64,000 nucleotides of DNA from an uncultured Ruminococcus sp. (GTDB lineage: Bacteria > Bacillota > Clostridia > Oscillospirales > Ruminococcaceae): positions 1,154 through 65,153 of the forward strand of contig CADCFQ010000011.1 of NCBI GenBank assembly GCA_902800795.1, given 5' to 3'. A program made the translations under genes and the position numbers. The notes beneath the pieces were generated by a model, which did not search any database, had not been told where the DNA came from, and worked only from the letters and a program-made list of their open reading frames with translations. The stretch's first letter is position 1; each line of letters begins with the position of its first letter. Below are positions 62,379-64,000 of the stretch, piece by piece.

Positions 62379-62686
62379 TTCACCTCCCCGACGAGCTTGC
62401 CGATCTGACCGTACAGCGCATACAGGTCTCGGTGTACGGCATCGAAATTCACAGCATTGACCCTGCCCTCATTGACTGCCCGCGCAAGCTGATTTACGTT
62501 GTTGCCTATCGCTTTCATCTGCCGGATGACTTCGTCAAGCCCGTTGACTATAACAATTTTCTTGCCCAGCGCCGACCGAAGCACAAAATCAGACAAGCTC
62601 AGGCTGTGACTATCTGCTCTCGCTTTGATCTTATCCCGCTCGTCCACAGTGCAGCGGACGGTGATCGTTACATTTCTTTTGCGCAT
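62375..62686 (-). CDS. mobC: MobC-family relaxosome accessory protein
   Basis: Start chosen at ATG 62686 (GGAGG 8 nt upstream). Ribbon-helix-helix-like RKRNVTITVRCTVDERDKIKARA and the family-typical IGNNVNQLARAVN. Confidence 0.85.
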   Translation of the reverse strand: MRKRNVTITVRCTVDERDKIKARADSHSLSLSDFVLRSALGKKIVIVNGLDEVIRQMKAIGNNVNQLARAVNEGRVNAVNFDAVHRDLYALYGQIGKLVGEVK

Positions 62687-62701
62687 TTTATCTACCTCCA
62701 T

Positions 62702-63161
62702 TCTTAGGTTCCGTCACGAATTGTGACGCTTCTTTCTGCGGAGCGTTGCCCCGCGTTTCATTTTCCTTACGCCAATAAAAGGGGTCCGGGGTTCGCCCCG
62801 AGCCAGCAAGCCTCGGCAGGCCGCTAGGCCCCCAACGGGGGGCAGGTGGACAGCCGTTGGCGATGCTGGCTTTTACTGAACCCCACCCTGGGAGGCTCCA
62901 ATGCTGACTGCCGGAAAGCAACACTTTTCAGCAGTGTTTTATCAGCGGGAAGAAAAATGCTGTCGGCTCTTTGTATCGCCCACAGACGCTCACAAATGCG
63001 CTGTGTGGCGTTTTGTTTTACTGCTCGGCTGTTTCCACGACTGCAACAGTCGAGGGCCCAGATCGCGTTGTGGTGTGAGCATTTTGCGTGACAGTAACCC
63101 CCGTTCCGTGACAGTAAAACTCGTATTTAAATTCTACTGACACGCAAAGCAATCAACGCAT
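62702..63161. promoter_or_regulatory. non-coding, repeat-dense and GC-rich region upstream of mobC: candidate oriT and promoter
   Basis: Inverted repeat CGTCAC-gaatt-GTGACG (62712-62728). G/C hairpins such as CCCCC-aac-GGGGG (62829-62841). Direct repeats CGTGACAGTAA at 63087-63097 and 63107-63117. No credible ORF. Confidence 0.45.
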
Positions 63162-64000
63162 TTACGAACTTTGAGACACATTCACCGGCAGCTGTGCGAC
63201 AGTAAAACCGCTATCGTTTCTACCGACACTACTGTCACGCTCTGGGTAGTAATCGAGTTTGATATACCGCCCTGAGTGGCGGCGCTCGTAAGCGAAAACT
63301 ATTCCGTAGAGCATCAGCGTGTAGCCGTTCTCGACAAGGTCTCGCTTGATACGGTTCGGATAAAATGTTTCATCAGTGATCGCTTTCAGTTCGTCGGAGA
63401 GCTCCGTCGGCGTACCGACAAAGTGCAGACGCTTGCGGATGAAAACATAAACTGCAGACAGGAACAGATTGTTTTTGCTGCCGCTGACGGATAGATTTTC
63501 TTCAGCAATCCACCGCATCTGCGTTGAATCGAAATGAACTTTGATCTCAAGAAAGCCGACATCTCTTCCTACACAAGTCAGCGTTCCGACTCCGCTGCCG
63601 CGATAGGTTTCCGCAAGAACAAAGCTGCCGTCTGCACATCCGCTGAGACCTATGCTGCCTGTGATCTGATTGAACGGATCGCTGTCCGGCATCTTCCGGG
63701 TGTGGTGGATAACGATGATCGTGATGTCCAGCTTGTCCGCAAGAGCTTTCAGCGCTGACATTTCTTTGTAGTCTGTCGCATAAGTCGATTCAACTCCTTC
63801 ACGGACTTTCTGCAAGGTGTCGATGACCACAAGCCCCAGGTCGATATGCTCTTTGTAGAATTCTTCGATCTGTTCAAGCAGACCGTTCTCTATCGTTCCC
63901 GAGGTTATCGCACAGTACATATCCTCGGTCTCCGGCGCATCTATCGCAAACAGCCTTTTCTGAATTCTGCGGAAATTATCTTCGAGACAAAGATACAGAG
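63162..64000 (-). CDS. AAA_25/RepA-DnaB-like ATPase of mobile elements (5' end beyond window)
   Basis: LVVIDTLQKV (Walker B-like) and IIVIHHTRK are typical of the RecA-fold AAA_25 family. The frame stays open upstream of the first Met to position 64000, so the gene is truncated by the window. Confidence 0.75.
   Translation of the reverse strand, partial: LYLCLEDNFRRIQKRLFAIDAPETEDMYCAITSGTIENGLLEQIEEFYKEHIDLGLVVIDTLQKVREGVESTYATDYKEMSALKALADKLDITIIVIHHTRKMPDSDPFNQITGSIGLSGCADGSFVLAETYRGSGVGTLTCVGRDVGFLEIKVHFDSTQMRWIAEENLSVSGSKNNLFLSAVYVFIRKRLHFVGTPTELSDELKAITDETFYPNRIKRDLVENGYTLMLYGIVFAYERRHSGRYIKLDYYPERDSSVGRNDSGFTVAQLPVNVSQSS

Larger units (their letters stand above)
58856..64000. mobile_element. 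integrative mobilizable element (serine-recombinase type), one end at tRNA-Pro, other end beyond the window
   Basis: Contiguous same-strand module: large serine recombinase, small ORF, relaxase, MobC, oriT-like region and a replication-type ATPase. It starts directly after tRNA-Pro. The exact junction is not determinable from one end (probably 58856-58930). Confidence 0.7.

Noticed and set aside
62688-63140. ORFs of 78-81 aa on both strands in the mobC-upstream region.
   Set aside because: They are Gly/Pro/Arg/Cys-rich with no RBS. They overlap dense inverted and direct repeats that are better explained as oriT or regulatory DNA.

Overview
This is a chromosomal segment from a moderately GC-rich Clostridia genome. 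An Oscillospiraceae or Ruminococcus-like origin is my guess from gene content and codon style only. All calls come from motif recognition and reading the sequence by eye, with no database search. About two thirds of the window is housekeeping: leuA behind a T-box leader, galT, glgB, purA, a tepA-like gene, uppP, ftsK, a cmk-plsC fusion, an ispH-rpsA fusion, a class A PBP and a THUMP RNA methyltransferase. These genes have near-consensus sigma-A promoters and clear hairpin terminators. Five accessory blocks stand out. (1) At 12.7-21.1 kb there is a polyol-phosphate (teichoic-acid-like) polymer cluster with LicD, two TagF-family transferases, a TarI-like cytidylyltransferase, an acyltransferase-3 and an SDR. 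(2) At 45.1-52.3 kb a single 7.2-kb orphan NRPS gene has C-A-T-C-A-T-R architecture, the predicted dipeptide-aldehyde/pyrazinone class, and lies next to tRNA-Leu. (3) At 52.7-55.3 kb a more AT-rich two-gene amino-sugar cassette (WecE-like aminotransferase plus SDR) is bracketed by tRNA-Leu with its terminator and by a decayed partial duplicate of the same sequence. (4) At 55.3-56.8 kb a DUF3793-flavodoxin-DUF2325 operon sits behind two palindromic operator-like sites. (5) From 58.86 kb to the window edge there is an integrative mobilizable element (large serine recombinase, MobC, relaxase, AAA_25 replication-type ATPase) abutting tRNA-Pro, and the recombinase ORF terminates inside the tRNA gene. 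A structured intergenic element of about 140 nt occurs twice (11.19 kb and 42.49 kb). Each copy starts at a stop codon and ends in a heptamer array, and I cannot assign it to a named family. I saw no CRISPR array, rRNA or recognisable defence system.
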